From a virus, in the IMG/VR virus record IMGVR_UViG_3300031652_000001: a DNA stretch of 64,000 bases; one strand, written 5' to 3'. The notes below the pieces were generated by a model. It searched no databases. It had not been told where the DNA came from and saw only the letters and a list, made by a program, of their open reading frames with translations. A program made the translations under genes and the position numbers. Below are positions 47,938 to 57,161 of this stretch, piece after piece (the stretch's first letter is position 1; each line of letters opens with the position of its first letter).

Positions 47938-48351
47938 CTATTCTCCCAACATCACGACAACAATATTGGCTTCTCCTGGATCCCCAGAAACAGTAATGTA
48001 TACATGTGTAAACGAACCCTCGATATAAAAAACTCCCGGAGCATCTGACAAGTCATTCCTTGTAGAAACAATTGGAGACACCGTAAAACCGGTGTCGCTC
48101 GTATTATTCAACTTCACCGTTATCTCAGTGTCAGTTTCTATATACAACGCCTTGCCTGTAGCAACTCCATCTTGCATCAAATCCAAATCAACAGAAGGTA
48201 TCGGAATAGCGAGCTTCCTTATTCCACCTTCTGCCAGCTCATCAAGAGCATTGAATTTGGTAATCGCATCACCCCTCTTGAATAAAGGACTTCTCCCACC
48301 TTGCTTCTGATATGCCTCAATCTGAATCTGCCTGGTATAGTAAGTCGTCAC
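47938..48351 (-). CDS. Hypothetical beta-rich virion protein
   Basis: 137-aa ORF with GGAGG SD in the neck region. Confidence 0.5.
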   Translation of the reverse strand: MTTYYTRQIQIEAYQKQGGRSPLFKRGDAITKFNALDELAEGGIRKLAIPIPSVDLDLMQDGVATGKALYIETDTEITVKLNNTSDTGFTVSPIVSTRNDLSDAPGVFYIEGSFTHVYITVSGDPGEANIVVVMLGE

Positions 48352-48360
48352 AGTGGCCTC

Positions 48361-48753
48361 CTACTTCAACTCAACGTACTTATTTTCACCAGCACGCCTT
48401 TCTGTTGTAAACAAAATGTTTCTACCAGCTTCCCTTCTCGCAATGTTTTTCAACACCTCAAGACACGAGGAGCAAATACCTATCCTGTCGCCAGACCCTT
48501 TTGCCTCAACAGCTTTGTCGGCCTTTTTCCCGCACATGTAACAAAATTTTATCAAGTACCCCTTTATTGGACCTTGGTATTTTTCAAAACCACCACCTGA
48601 CAAGGGACTAAAACAGGTTTTATACTCAAAACATACCGCATCACCATCAGCATCCTTTAGCCCGGCATCCACACCCTTGTACCAATTCTCACAAGTTGCA
48701 CAAATAAATGACAACCCACTAGCCATAGCCTCTTGCACTCTTTTCTTATCCAT
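48361..48753 (-). CDS. Cys-rich Zn-binding hypothetical protein
   Basis: CATC, CYMC, CSSC. Confidence 0.55.
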   Translation of the reverse strand: MDKKRVQEAMASGLSFICATCENWYKGVDAGLKDADGDAVCFEYKTCFSPLSGGGFEKYQGPIKGYLIKFCYMCGKKADKAVEAKGSGDRIGICSSCLEVLKNIARREAGRNILFTTERRAGENKYVELK

Positions 48754-48862
48754 CGTTTACCCCGTAATACCAAAACTACTTTTTCTTGGTACTCAATATC
48801 TCAAAATCTCAAAACACTTGTCCTTTTTTAGTCTGGCAAGAAAGATCAAACATGACTCCTCC

Positions 48863-49216
48863 TTATATCAACTCAAACAGCTCACGACGTATTCTCGATG
48901 CCGCAGCCCTTACCCCTGTCCTCTTTACCCTATCAAGCTGTTTTCTCCATAAGTGATTCGTTCTAGGCATATGGAGACGCTTTACAAAATCTTTTCCTAT
49001 CCTGACCACGTCATCATCAGAAGCTTCTGGATTTGTCCTAAGAATTGCCACCAAAATCATCGTCATCATCCAATCATCTGAATTATCAAACTCGTTCAAT
49101 GAAGGAGATGAAGGCTTCTTTTTCTCATCAACTTTCTTTTTATCTTTCTTATTCCCTGATAACCGCTTCCTTGCAACAGCGATCATATTTAGAATGTCAC
49201 CTGTTGATTTAGCCAT
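48863..49216 (-). CDS. Basic hypothetical protein
   Basis: 117-aa ORF overlapping the end of the gp14-like gene. Confidence 0.5.
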   Translation of the reverse strand: MAKSTGDILNMIAVARKRLSGNKKDKKKVDEKKKPSSPSLNEFDNSDDWMMTMILVAILRTNPEASDDDVVRIGKDFVKRLHMPRTNHLWRKQLDRVKRTGVRAAASRIRRELFELI

Positions 49217-49700
49217 TATCTTCCCCCGGTCTCCAGAAGCTCTCAGGAACCCCCTCTGTTCGTCTCACAACATCAAACTCCAACATTACACTTCTTCCAC
49301 TATCAGACACCTGTCCATCAGTAGAGCTCGATTCAACAACATCATAGTACTTATCAGTCCATAGGAGAATTATATCACCCTGTCTCAACCGTCTAAGACC
49401 CCTTTCCCTCATATCAGCAACAGCTATCTGCAAAGTAGAAGTCCTCTGTATACGAAAACCTTCTTCACCCATCAAAGCAGATCTATTCGGAGCCCTAAAA
49501 AACACAGGACAATCAATACCAACATTTCCATATTCATCCTCTTTATAGACCGTTGTTATTTCTTCTTGCCACAACGGATCTATCTGGCTCGCCTGCTCAT
49601 CAAATTGAAAAATTTTTGCATTTGTCCCAACCAACTCAACACTCTCTTGAGCAATACAGTCCAAAAACTCAGCATCACAATCGTTGAATAATGTTCCCAT
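49209..49700 (-). CDS. Head closure/neck protein (T4 gp14-like)
   Basis: IDPLWQE, EEGF, RQGDII.....YYDV. Confidence 0.65.
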   Translation of the reverse strand: MGTLFNDCDAEFLDCIAQESVELVGTNAKIFQFDEQASQIDPLWQEEITTVYKEDEYGNVGIDCPVFFRAPNRSALMGEEGFRIQRTSTLQIAVADMRERGLRRLRQGDIILLWTDKYYDVVESSSTDGQVSDSGRSVMLEFDVVRRTEGVPESFWRPGEDNG

Positions 49701-49701
49701 A

Positions 49702-50205
49702 TCATCCGGCCCCAAGTGATTTTGATTTCACAGCCTGCTTTTGTGCAGCCTGACGTCTCTGGATACCCATAATCCAGTCATATGCCTTTGCCTTCTTCTT
49801 TAATACACTCTTGGGTTCCTTTAAGTGTTTATCACGATTCCTCTTGTGCCCCTTCGCAGTTAAACTAAAACCACCACCCTCAGCCCATGGATCAGCAACT
49901 GAACCAGTTGCATATTTGTATTTCTTTAACATCCATTGAGCAATCAATTGACCACCCTTGGCAGCCTGTTTAAAAGCCTCACCATCTTTTCTCAGCTTCT
50001 GAAATATTGCCCTAACAGCGTGTTTATAAAACACGCTTTGCTTCGATGGCCTAGGAGTGTGCAGAGCAATGGTTTGGCGCCTGTTCTGTTGAGCCTTCTG
50101 ATATGGTGTCAACTTTGATTGCTTTGCCTCGGATAATACAATCCCGACCTGGTCCTCAACCAGACTCTCCAACATAATAATCGATTCTCTAACCGTGAAC
50201 CTCAT
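49702..50205 (-). CDS. Predicted internal head protein
   Basis: Leader RESIIMLESLVE...VLSE then a basic domain paralogous to 52185-52601. Confidence 0.55.
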   Translation of the reverse strand: MRFTVRESIIMLESLVEDQVGIVLSEAKQSKLTPYQKAQQNRRQTIALHTPRPSKQSVFYKHAVRAIFQKLRKDGEAFKQAAKGGQLIAQWMLKKYKYATGSVADPWAEGGGFSLTAKGHKRNRDKHLKEPKSVLKKKAKAYDWIMGIQRRQAAQKQAVKSKSLGAG

Positions 50206-50208
50206 TCA

Positions 50209-50592
50209 TCACCCAGCACCCTTGATCACTTTTACTTCACTGGGATCATGGATTGTGTCCTTGTTGCTCATCCCAGATGCAGAACGACTGTAATATTTTT
50301 TCGTTCCTTCATCCCAAAAAAGGTACCTTGTCCCCTCGAAACGCATCCCCCTTGTTGGCTTCTTTATATTGCTCAAAAGCAAAGAATTCTTATCTATATT
50401 CAAAACTTTTCTTGGCTTACTCTTTCCCAATTGTATGCTGTCATTGATGGATACTCGTATCGTCCCGAATTTTATAGCACCCATTTTCTCCATTCGCTTC
50501 TGATGAAATTTCTCAAAAGGAACAACAACGTTTTCAGCCAAAATTCCGACAACCCGTCCCAATAGATCAATCACTCTACTCAAATCAAACAT
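50209..50592 (-). CDS. Predicted internal head protein
   Basis: Leader SRVIDLLGRVVGILAE. Confidence 0.55.
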   Translation of the reverse strand: MFDLSRVIDLLGRVVGILAENVVVPFEKFHQKRMEKMGAIKFGTIRVSINDSIQLGKSKPRKVLNIDKNSLLLSNIKKPTRGMRFEGTRYLFWDEGTKKYYSRSASGMSNKDTIHDPSEVKVIKGAG

Positions 50593-50602
50593 CGCTCATC
50601 TC

Positions 50603-51553
50603 CTAAAGCAAAAAATTCCCATCAGAATCGAATTGAAGACCTTTCCCAGTACTCAGATATTTTGAAAGTGCAGCCCGAACAGTACTCTGAACTCTACGAG
50701 AATCAAACGCCGTATCACGGCCAAACCATCTCGTTTTTACCGTATAGCTTTTATCTGTCCTTGGGACATAAGCAACTATAGACAGCCGATCCTCTGGAGT
50801 AATACGTGTCTCCTTCGTAATGTCTTTTATCCGAATATCCTTGGCACCTATATTCCGTCTAAGGCTCGGCATCGGTCCAGGCATAATCGTCCTTGCTTCA
50901 AAACCTTCAGACAGAATAGAAATAGCAGAATCCAATAAATCTATACTACCTCGAAGACTTTCCATCCAGTCCTCCCTCTTTCCTATTTTTGCTCCAACCT
51001 CACGCTTCATTGCTGACTTCGTCGGATAAAAAACCTTCTTCAAAAACTTCGGAACAAGCTTACCTACTGTGGCAACCGTAGTTCTATAATTCTGACCATC
51101 CATCCTTCCCTTGGCGCTCCACATATTAAACTTCACAACAACAGCACCACCGCGTTCACCCCATGTCTCAAGCTCCCAATCAAAAACCTGAGGACCAGAG
51201 GATGGCCATGAGCCCTGAATTATCCAACCATTCCTATTTTGCTTCACATCAACAAGAGATTTCTCCAATTCTGGTGTCGAATGAAAAAACTGACTTGTGA
51301 CATATCCAACAGGATCTTTTGTCCCTTTACCTTTTGAACCAAGAGTAGAAAACCAAACCCTCTCAGACAATAAAGCCTCATCAATGTCAGCAAGATTACG
51401 CGGCATCTTCGTCTGTATTGGTCTCCTCGGCTTCATCTTCTTTCCTTTCAAAGCCTTATACTTCAACCCCAACCGTTTTCGGGTGTTGGCGTCCATGCCA
51501 AATCTATCGACATCGTTATCATCGCCAACAACAATTTGTTCAAAAAGCGTCAA
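50603..51553 (-). CDS. Predicted internal polyprotein
   Basis: LFE, IDEALLSE and MESLRGSIDLL...ILSE linkers separate basic domains. Confidence 0.55.
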   Translation of the reverse strand: MTLFEQIVVGDDNDVDRFGMDANTRKRLGLKYKALKGKKMKPRRPIQTKMPRNLADIDEALLSERVWFSTLGSKGKGTKDPVGYVTSQFFHSTPELEKSLVDVKQNRNGWIIQGSWPSSGPQVFDWELETWGERGGAVVVKFNMWSAKGRMDGQNYRTTVATVGKLVPKFLKKVFYPTKSAMKREVGAKIGKREDWMESLRGSIDLLDSAISILSEGFEARTIMPGPMPSLRRNIGAKDIRIKDITKETRITPEDRLSIVAYVPRTDKSYTVKTRWFGRDTAFDSRRVQSTVRAALSKYLSTGKGLQFDSDGNFLL

Positions 51554-52182
51554 TATACTTTCCCTGCCGCATTCTTACCTTTTGTCGTTATCGACGTGGC
51601 ACCGGCCTTGTTCTTCTTCACATAACCACGTTTCACCAAACTATCGATTTCAGCTGGTTTGACACCCATCCTTGAAAACTGCTCTTTTCGACCAGAAGAT
51701 GTGTAGGATCTGAAATATCCAAGAATGCTTGATTCCCTGTCAGTTACGTCTGCCTCCGTAGGAAGCATCCCAGAAATCATCTCAGGATGAACATAGATCG
51801 TTGCCCATACAGGTTGTCCACCACCTTCGCTTCCAACTATAGCCGCTCCATTACGAGGTAATTTTTTAGGAGCGCTGTCACTATCGACAGCATTCCGAAC
51901 AAACATATTAGAACCACCCCACGATCCATAGGTTATCTCATGCTTCCCTGTCGACACATCAACAATAGCCACAAACCCTCTACTTCCAGCACCACCAGAA
52001 ACGCTCAGAGACACCTTCTCCTGTGGAACAACTGATATATCCTTGCGACGATACCCAACTTTTTTCAAAACGGTCTGGAGGGACTGTGGAAGCTCTTTGA
52101 CAGCAACAACATGACCACGACTCATCTCTATGAGATTTTGAACAGTCCTTCCGAGTAATGCATTTATCGATACAATCTTCAT
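51550..52182 (-). CDS. Predicted internal head protein (TIYVHP domain plus winged-helix-like tail)
   Basis: Leader SINALLGRTVQNLIE; C-terminal LVKRGYV...ITTKG. Confidence 0.55.
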   Translation of the reverse strand: MKIVSINALLGRTVQNLIEMSRGHVVAVKELPQSLQTVLKKVGYRRKDISVVPQEKVSLSVSGGAGSRGFVAIVDVSTGKHEITYGSWGGSNMFVRNAVDSDSAPKKLPRNGAAIVGSEGGGQPVWATIYVHPEMISGMLPTEADVTDRESSILGYFRSYTSSGRKEQFSRMGVKPAEIDSLVKRGYVKKNKAGATSITTKGKNAAGKVY

Positions 52183-52184
52183 CG

Positions 52185-52601
52185 CTATTTACCTCTCGCA
52201 TTTTTCAAGAGTTCCTCATATTCGGCAACACGACTCTTATGCTTCTTCTGAGCAGCTTTAGAACGACCCGCCTTTTCCCCCTTTTTTGTCGGACGATTTG
52301 TACCTGGTTTCACATATCCATACTTCTGTAGCTGTCTCGTACAAATGGCAAAACCCTTCGATGTCGCTGCCCTCGAATCAAGACCATCACTTTGAGCCTT
52401 CTTTGCAATTGCAAGGACACATCGTTTCAACTGTGGAGGCGTAGACCTCCTAGCCTCTTGAAACAGATCAGATATATGAACAAACTCTCTACCATCCTGG
52501 TAAACCCTGTTGGAACGAAACAAAGACCTTTTAATCCTATATCTCTTTGACTTCACAACAGTCGGATATGGATGCATCCAAAGTTCCCACTCAAAAAGCA
52601 T
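52185..52601 (-). CDS. Predicted internal head protein, basic
   Basis: ISDLFQE precedes an RCV...FAICT..LQKYGY...TKKG domain. Confidence 0.5.
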   Translation of the reverse strand: MLFEWELWMHPYPTVVKSKRYRIKRSLFRSNRVYQDGREFVHISDLFQEARRSTPPQLKRCVLAIAKKAQSDGLDSRAATSKGFAICTRQLQKYGYVKPGTNRPTKKGEKAGRSKAAQKKHKSRVAEYEELLKNARGK

Positions 52602-52609
52602 GCTCTCTC

Positions 52610-53395
52610 CTAATACAACAGTGGCATCGGAGGCCCCTGTACGTCCAAGATCTTGTCTTCAAGAATTTGTTTATCTTCCCTGGATTCAGCTATAAGTGAA
52701 TCACCATCTAACTGCTTCTCACCACCAGCAGTTGAATATGAACTGAACTTCGCTCTTTTTCTTCCAAGTTTATACTTGGAATCTGCAAGAGCCCATTGTT
52801 TCAAAAAATACTGATATTTCTTATTAAACCACTCTATTCGTATATCCTCTGAAAGGACACTATATCGATAAATACAAATTCCAGTATCCTGAGTCGGAGC
52901 TGGCATGACTCTCAATATCCTCACATTTGGCTCAACAGTAGGATCGTCATAATACTCCCAATCAAGATCTGAACTGAAAATCTTTTCGTTTGAAGATAAG
53001 GTCTGCATAGTTTGAACAACCGTCGTCTGAGGATAACTATTGTCACCCCACACGCCAGATGCCGCAACACCGTTCATCCCATATGGAATGCCATTAACAT
53101 CCAGAAAACCAGGATAAAGAGTGTTAAAATCTATCCTGGAAGCTGGCAATGGAAAAATTGCCTGAACAACCTCCCCAATTCTTGGCGTAACAGAACTCAG
53201 ATCGTATTCGTTCTGACCATAAACCAAATTGAGAGATGCTTCTTTGTAGATCCCAACAAAAGCACAAAACCATTCTTTCGCATTATTTAAAGACTGCTCT
53301 ATCTGCTTATCAGATAGCTCAACTTTTACACTCGGACACCCCTCATCTTCACCAAGCTCCCGCTTAACCCAAGTTTTGAACTCCTGTAACCGCAC
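52610..53395 (-). CDS. Head-tail adaptor (T4 gp13-like)
   Basis: VKVELSDKQI; WALA..K..LG..R.KF....GG...LDG..L..E. Confidence 0.85.
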   Translation of the reverse strand: MRLQEFKTWVKRELGEDEGCPSVKVELSDKQIEQSLNNAKEWFCAFVGIYKEASLNLVYGQNEYDLSSVTPRIGEVVQAIFPLPASRIDFNTLYPGFLDVNGIPYGMNGVAASGVWGDNSYPQTTVVQTMQTLSSNEKIFSSDLDWEYYDDPTVEPNVRILRVMPAPTQDTGICIYRYSVLSEDIRIEWFNKKYQYFLKQWALADSKYKLGRKRAKFSSYSTAGGEKQLDGDSLIAESREDKQILEDKILDVQGPPMPLLY

Positions 53396-53397
53396 CT

Positions 53398-53922
53398 TTA
53401 ATATCTCCTACTGCGAAGACTGCTTCCGCTCTCCGATTTATCTTTCTCCTTGGAGGTCCCCTTCGGAGAAGCCCCTTTCGAAGAAACATCCTTACCTGAC
53501 CCTTTCAAATCCTTCCTGGCCGTATCCTCGTCACCACCATTTTTATTTTTATCCAATGCACATTTCGTACAAAGTGCTCCCTCTATACATGGCTTCTTGG
53601 AACCATCTATTACGGCACCACAATTTGAACACTGACACGCACCATCAATTTTTTTCTTTCCGGTATCATCCGTTGCCTCAAGAGCCTCAAGACGCCGACG
53701 AAACTGTCTCTTCCTCAATTTGTTTTTCATCTTCCGAGTCGAACTGGCAACGCCACCAAGATCCTTCCCTTGACATGCCTCAAGAATATTCTTGGCAATA
53801 ACAGCAAGCTCTTCCCACTGCTGGGAAAGCAACGGCCTGCCCTCATCCCTTGGAACAGTTGATCCGCTCACCACACGGTCTTTCAGTACCTCAAGTAACT
53901 CTATGCTGCGACCAGTTCCCAT
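53398..53922 (-). CDS. Hypothetical protein with Zn ribbon and basic tail
   Basis: CQCSNCG...C...CTKC. Confidence 0.5.
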   Translation of the reverse strand: MGTGRSIELLEVLKDRVVSGSTVPRDEGRPLLSQQWEELAVIAKNILEACQGKDLGGVASSTRKMKNKLRKRQFRRRLEALEATDDTGKKKIDGACQCSNCGAVIDGSKKPCIEGALCTKCALDKNKNGGDEDTARKDLKGSGKDVSSKGASPKGTSKEKDKSESGSSLRSRRY

Positions 53923-53931
53923 TTATTACCC

Positions 53932-54609
53932 CTATTTGTTTCCATCTTCGTAAGCTTTCCTCTCTGCAGAAGCTTTTCTCCTGAGCCTATCAAAAAAGTT
54001 TGCACGAATACCAGCCTTTCGAAGCTCAGAATTGCTCGCTGAAGAAAGCTCATCCAAATTCAAAAAACTGTTGAGCACTATTTGAGCATTCCTTGATGTG
54101 ACACCAGGAAATACATCAGCCATATCCTCTTGACCATACATCGCAGACAACTTTGGAAGCTCCTTATCGAACACCTCAGCAATTTCATCCTCAGTAGTAG
54201 GAATAGGCGGATTATCCGCAAGCTTCACACCAGGTTGCTTCTCAACAGGTGCTGATGCCTTAGCCTTCTGTTTCGGAGTGACATCCGGCATACTTGGTAT
54301 ACGAATTCTTCCCGCCGGTGGTCTACCCATATGCTCAGATGTTATCACCCCAAGATGCCGAGGTGGTCTACTGGCTTGCTCTTCAGCAATACCTTTGGCC
54401 TCCAACCTCTGACCATCAGTAAGCTCTGAGAACTCAACCTCAACCAACTTCGGAGTCCTTCCAGGAAACGTCGATGGATCAGCAAATCTCGCAAACTCTT
54501 TCCCGCACAATACCGTCTCATCTGTGACCAATTTTCCTTGAACAACAAAGTTATCCAATTTTATCTCTGGATTTTTCTTATAAAACTTCATCACAAGTCC
54601 TCCATACAT
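53932..54609 (-). CDS. Hypothetical protein with C-terminal helix-hairpin-helix-like motif
   Basis: FPGVTSRNA..V...F..LDELSSAS..EL..AGI. Confidence 0.5.
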   Translation of the reverse strand: MYGGLVMKFYKKNPEIKLDNFVVQGKLVTDETVLCGKEFARFADPSTFPGRTPKLVEVEFSELTDGQRLEAKGIAEEQASRPPRHLGVITSEHMGRPPAGRIRIPSMPDVTPKQKAKASAPVEKQPGVKLADNPPIPTTEDEIAEVFDKELPKLSAMYGQEDMADVFPGVTSRNAQIVLNSFLNLDELSSASNSELRKAGIRANFFDRLRRKASAERKAYEDGNK

Positions 54610-54612
54610 GCG

Positions 54613-54891
54613 TCATTCAACGCTCTCAACTTTTCCATGATGTTTCGCAAAATAAGCCTCTATCTCATTTTTTTCACCTGGAGACATCTTTGAAAACAAA
54701 ACAGCTTCTTTCCCCTTGCTCAATCCAAGAACAGATAAAACCTTCACCTTCATCTTCTTCGATATACCATTCCACCATTGCTCGGCGCTCTTGGACTCAG
54801 CAAGATCATCCTCATATAGAGCATGCCGTCTCAATGTCCGTCTGACTTCTTCCTTCAGTTCGTACATTGCCAAAACATCTCCTGTTTTCAA
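54613..54891 (-). CDS. Predicted internal head protein (likely start MYELKEE)
   Basis: TLRRHALYEDDLAES leader variant. Confidence 0.5.
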   Translation of the reverse strand: MKTGDVLAMYELKEEVRRTLRRHALYEDDLAESKSAEQWWNGISKKMKVKVLSVLGLSKGKEAVLFSKMSPGEKNEIEAYFAKHHGKVESVE

Positions 54892-54897
54892 AATAAA

Positions 54898-54961
54898 TAA
54901 AAAAGGTCAGGAGCGTCCACATGCCGATGTCCGGGGTAGAAATCAAACATGTAGACGCTCC
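54898..54961 (-). terminator. Long hairpin plus U-tract after the capsid/decoration genes
   Basis: Stem 54910-54928/54942-54961 with G-U pairs on the minus strand; UUUUUU 5 nt downstream. Confidence 0.6.
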
Positions 54962-54977
54962 CTTCCATAGGGGGCTC

Positions 54978-55541
54978 CTAAGTCTCTGTGAAGGTTGTTG
55001 AGGTCGTATCGCTACTATCCACAACATAGTCGGTGCCAACCGGCCATGCTCTGAGATAGACCGTCTCAGCAACCAAATCCGTCAACGTACACGCAAACTC
55101 ACCCGTAGCGGACGGAGTGACCTTCAAAAGGTTCGATCCTCCACCAGAAACAATTGCTCCAGCAGACGCCGTATTCAATGTCGCGTTGCCTGCCGGAACA
55201 GTACAATCCGCATCATCGAAAGCTCCGAAGTACATCTGTGGCTGCACGTTCGCGGCTGCTCCAGCTTCAGTAAGAAGGTCAAAGCCTTCCGCTGCACTTG
55301 CAGTTGCATCAGCCTCCGGATCCACAACATCCTTCATCGTGCAAACAATTGGTGCCCTGTCTGAGCCTTCCAGCTTGGCAATTACCGCAACATCATCATC
55401 TGATGATGCCTGCTGAAAAATCAGCTCACCCGCCGTGCGACCTGTCATCACATGGGATTCACCAGGATCCACCTGAATTCCGTCCACACAATATACAGAG
55501 GCACCACCTGTCGCTCTTTTATTAACAACTGTGATTTCCAT
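54978..55541 (-). CDS. Probable capsid decoration / minor capsid protein
   Basis: Directly after the major capsid gene; strong SD; acidic, Ala/Thr-rich, beta-type. Confidence 0.5.
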   Translation of the reverse strand: MEITVVNKRATGGASVYCVDGIQVDPGESHVMTGRTAGELIFQQASSDDDVAVIAKLEGSDRAPIVCTMKDVVDPEADATASAAEGFDLLTEAGAAANVQPQMYFGAFDDADCTVPAGNATLNTASAGAIVSGGGSNLLKVTPSATGEFACTLTDLVAETVYLRAWPVGTDYVVDSSDTTSTTFTET

Positions 55542-55576
55542 TCCTTACCTCCTGTTCCTCATAGAGAAGAGAACCA

Positions 55577-55605
55577 GGGGTATGGATGTTTCTAATCCAT
55601 ACCCC
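55577..55605 (-). terminator. 11-bp stem-loop after the major capsid stop codon
   Basis: GGGGTATGGAT-N7-ATCCATACCCC followed by a pyrimidine tract. Confidence 0.5.
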
Positions 55606-55619
55606 ATCGTCTCAACTCC

Positions 55620-57116
55620 CTATGGGAGATTCGTGACCGTAATGACCCCGTAGAAGTCAGCGTTCACCACCTTTTTGGTGTACCTAGTCCTGATACCCTT
55701 CCTCAGGGACCAATCCGCCGGGTCGAGGAATGCCGATGTCACTTGCAGCGGCACATATGGGGCATAAACAACCCCAGAGTCGGTAAACATTGTACCCTTC
55801 AACCCAACGAGCATTTTGCCCGCCGGAAAATGAGGATCAACAATCACCAACCACTTGCTCTGCAAGAAACCCATCGGATAAACACCGTATCCGGATGGCG
55901 CCTGTGGAAGCGGGAATGCCGGTCGACCGTTCACACCCTGTCCAGCCGGTGGCATCGGGGGATTGTTCACGATCTGAACCAGGTCACCATGGGTTGCCAA
56001 TGAAGCCAACACCGGTTGGACATCCGGACCGATGATCAGGAAGTTGCCAGGTCCCCTGTGAGTTCTGGTGTTGATGACACCACTGACTTTCTCGATGACG
56101 GTCGTGATATTCCGGAAGTGATCAACTTGGTTTCGCCCGGGGGGAACAGCTGCATCGAAAGTCGCGGTATTGGTAGTACCACTACCATATGCGGCCATGA
56201 TGAGTTCCCTATCGATTCCCAGCGCGATCTCGCTCGCGACCCCACTGGTAAGCTCGGGTTCGATGTCCATGTTGAGAACGGTCCTCATATCGTCAGACGC
56301 CTCTGACGACCACAGGAACTTCAACTTCCGACTGAACGCCTTGATGGCCTCCAACTGAATGTCGATGTTCACTTGAGGAACATTGTCGCTATTTGCTTCC
56401 ATATTATAGAAATAATTCGCGACAAGACCTGTAACCGACTCGTCGAACTTCAGATCATATACACCGGTTGCATAAACAATATCATTGTCTGCCGCAACAC
56501 CACCAACATCACCAGTAAGAAAACCAGTGCCATCAGCATCATAAATTCGCTTCTGAGAACCGTCCGATACGGCAGTAGCAACAAACTCTACACCAACCTG
56601 ACCCAACCCTGCTGGCTTTACTGGAAACCAACTAAGTGTCCCAGCAAAGTCTGTGTTTGTACCAGCAATTGCCTCTTGATCGACATACTCCGAAGAATAA
56701 TACCGATCAAAATTCTGGATCATGTTTTGTCCCGCCGAAATGTTGCCCTTGTTGGTACCGTACTTGTACTCCCAGAAAAAGATTCCACCGATGGGGGAGT
56801 TCATTGGCTGAATGCTGAACAATCCATTTGCGACCAAGTTCGCCCACACTCGCCTTACGATTGGGAATACAAACTTGACCAAGTCCGGAATATTTCCGGA
56901 AAGGGTAGATTCGGAAAGAACCTTGCGTTTCAGCCGCGCCATCTCTCGTTGTTCGTTCTCGAACAACTGAGCCATACAACGCCTCGTCCATGGCGTCCAA
57001 TGGTCCTCCATCAGACGTCCCCACCGTTTCGTCAACAACCGGTTCAGATCCTCATCGAGGATCGTGTTATCCACCATATCCCGGGCTTGTTCATTCAAAA
57101 AATTGAGTTCTCTCAT
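55620..57116 (-). CDS. Major capsid protein (T4 gp23-like)
   Basis: AQLFENE, FPIVRRV, IQPMNSP.G.IF, SRKLK..W..E...D, EIAL.IDRE, YAPYVPL, RTRY. Confidence 0.95.
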   Translation of the reverse strand: MRELNFLNEQARDMVDNTILDEDLNRLLTKRWGRLMEDHWTPWTRRCMAQLFENEQREMARLKRKVLSESTLSGNIPDLVKFVFPIVRRVWANLVANGLFSIQPMNSPIGGIFFWEYKYGTNKGNISAGQNMIQNFDRYYSSEYVDQEAIAGTNTDFAGTLSWFPVKPAGLGQVGVEFVATAVSDGSQKRIYDADGTGFLTGDVGGVAADNDIVYATGVYDLKFDESVTGLVANYFYNMEANSDNVPQVNIDIQLEAIKAFSRKLKFLWSSEASDDMRTVLNMDIEPELTSGVASEIALGIDRELIMAAYGSGTTNTATFDAAVPPGRNQVDHFRNITTVIEKVSGVINTRTHRGPGNFLIIGPDVQPVLASLATHGDLVQIVNNPPMPPAGQGVNGRPAFPLPQAPSGYGVYPMGFLQSKWLVIVDPHFPAGKMLVGLKGTMFTDSGVVYAPYVPLQVTSAFLDPADWSLRKGIRTRYTKKVVNADFYGVITVTNLP

Positions 57117-57161
57117 TTTAAACCTCCGTTGAGATTCCTGTGTTCAAACCATTTGGATAGA

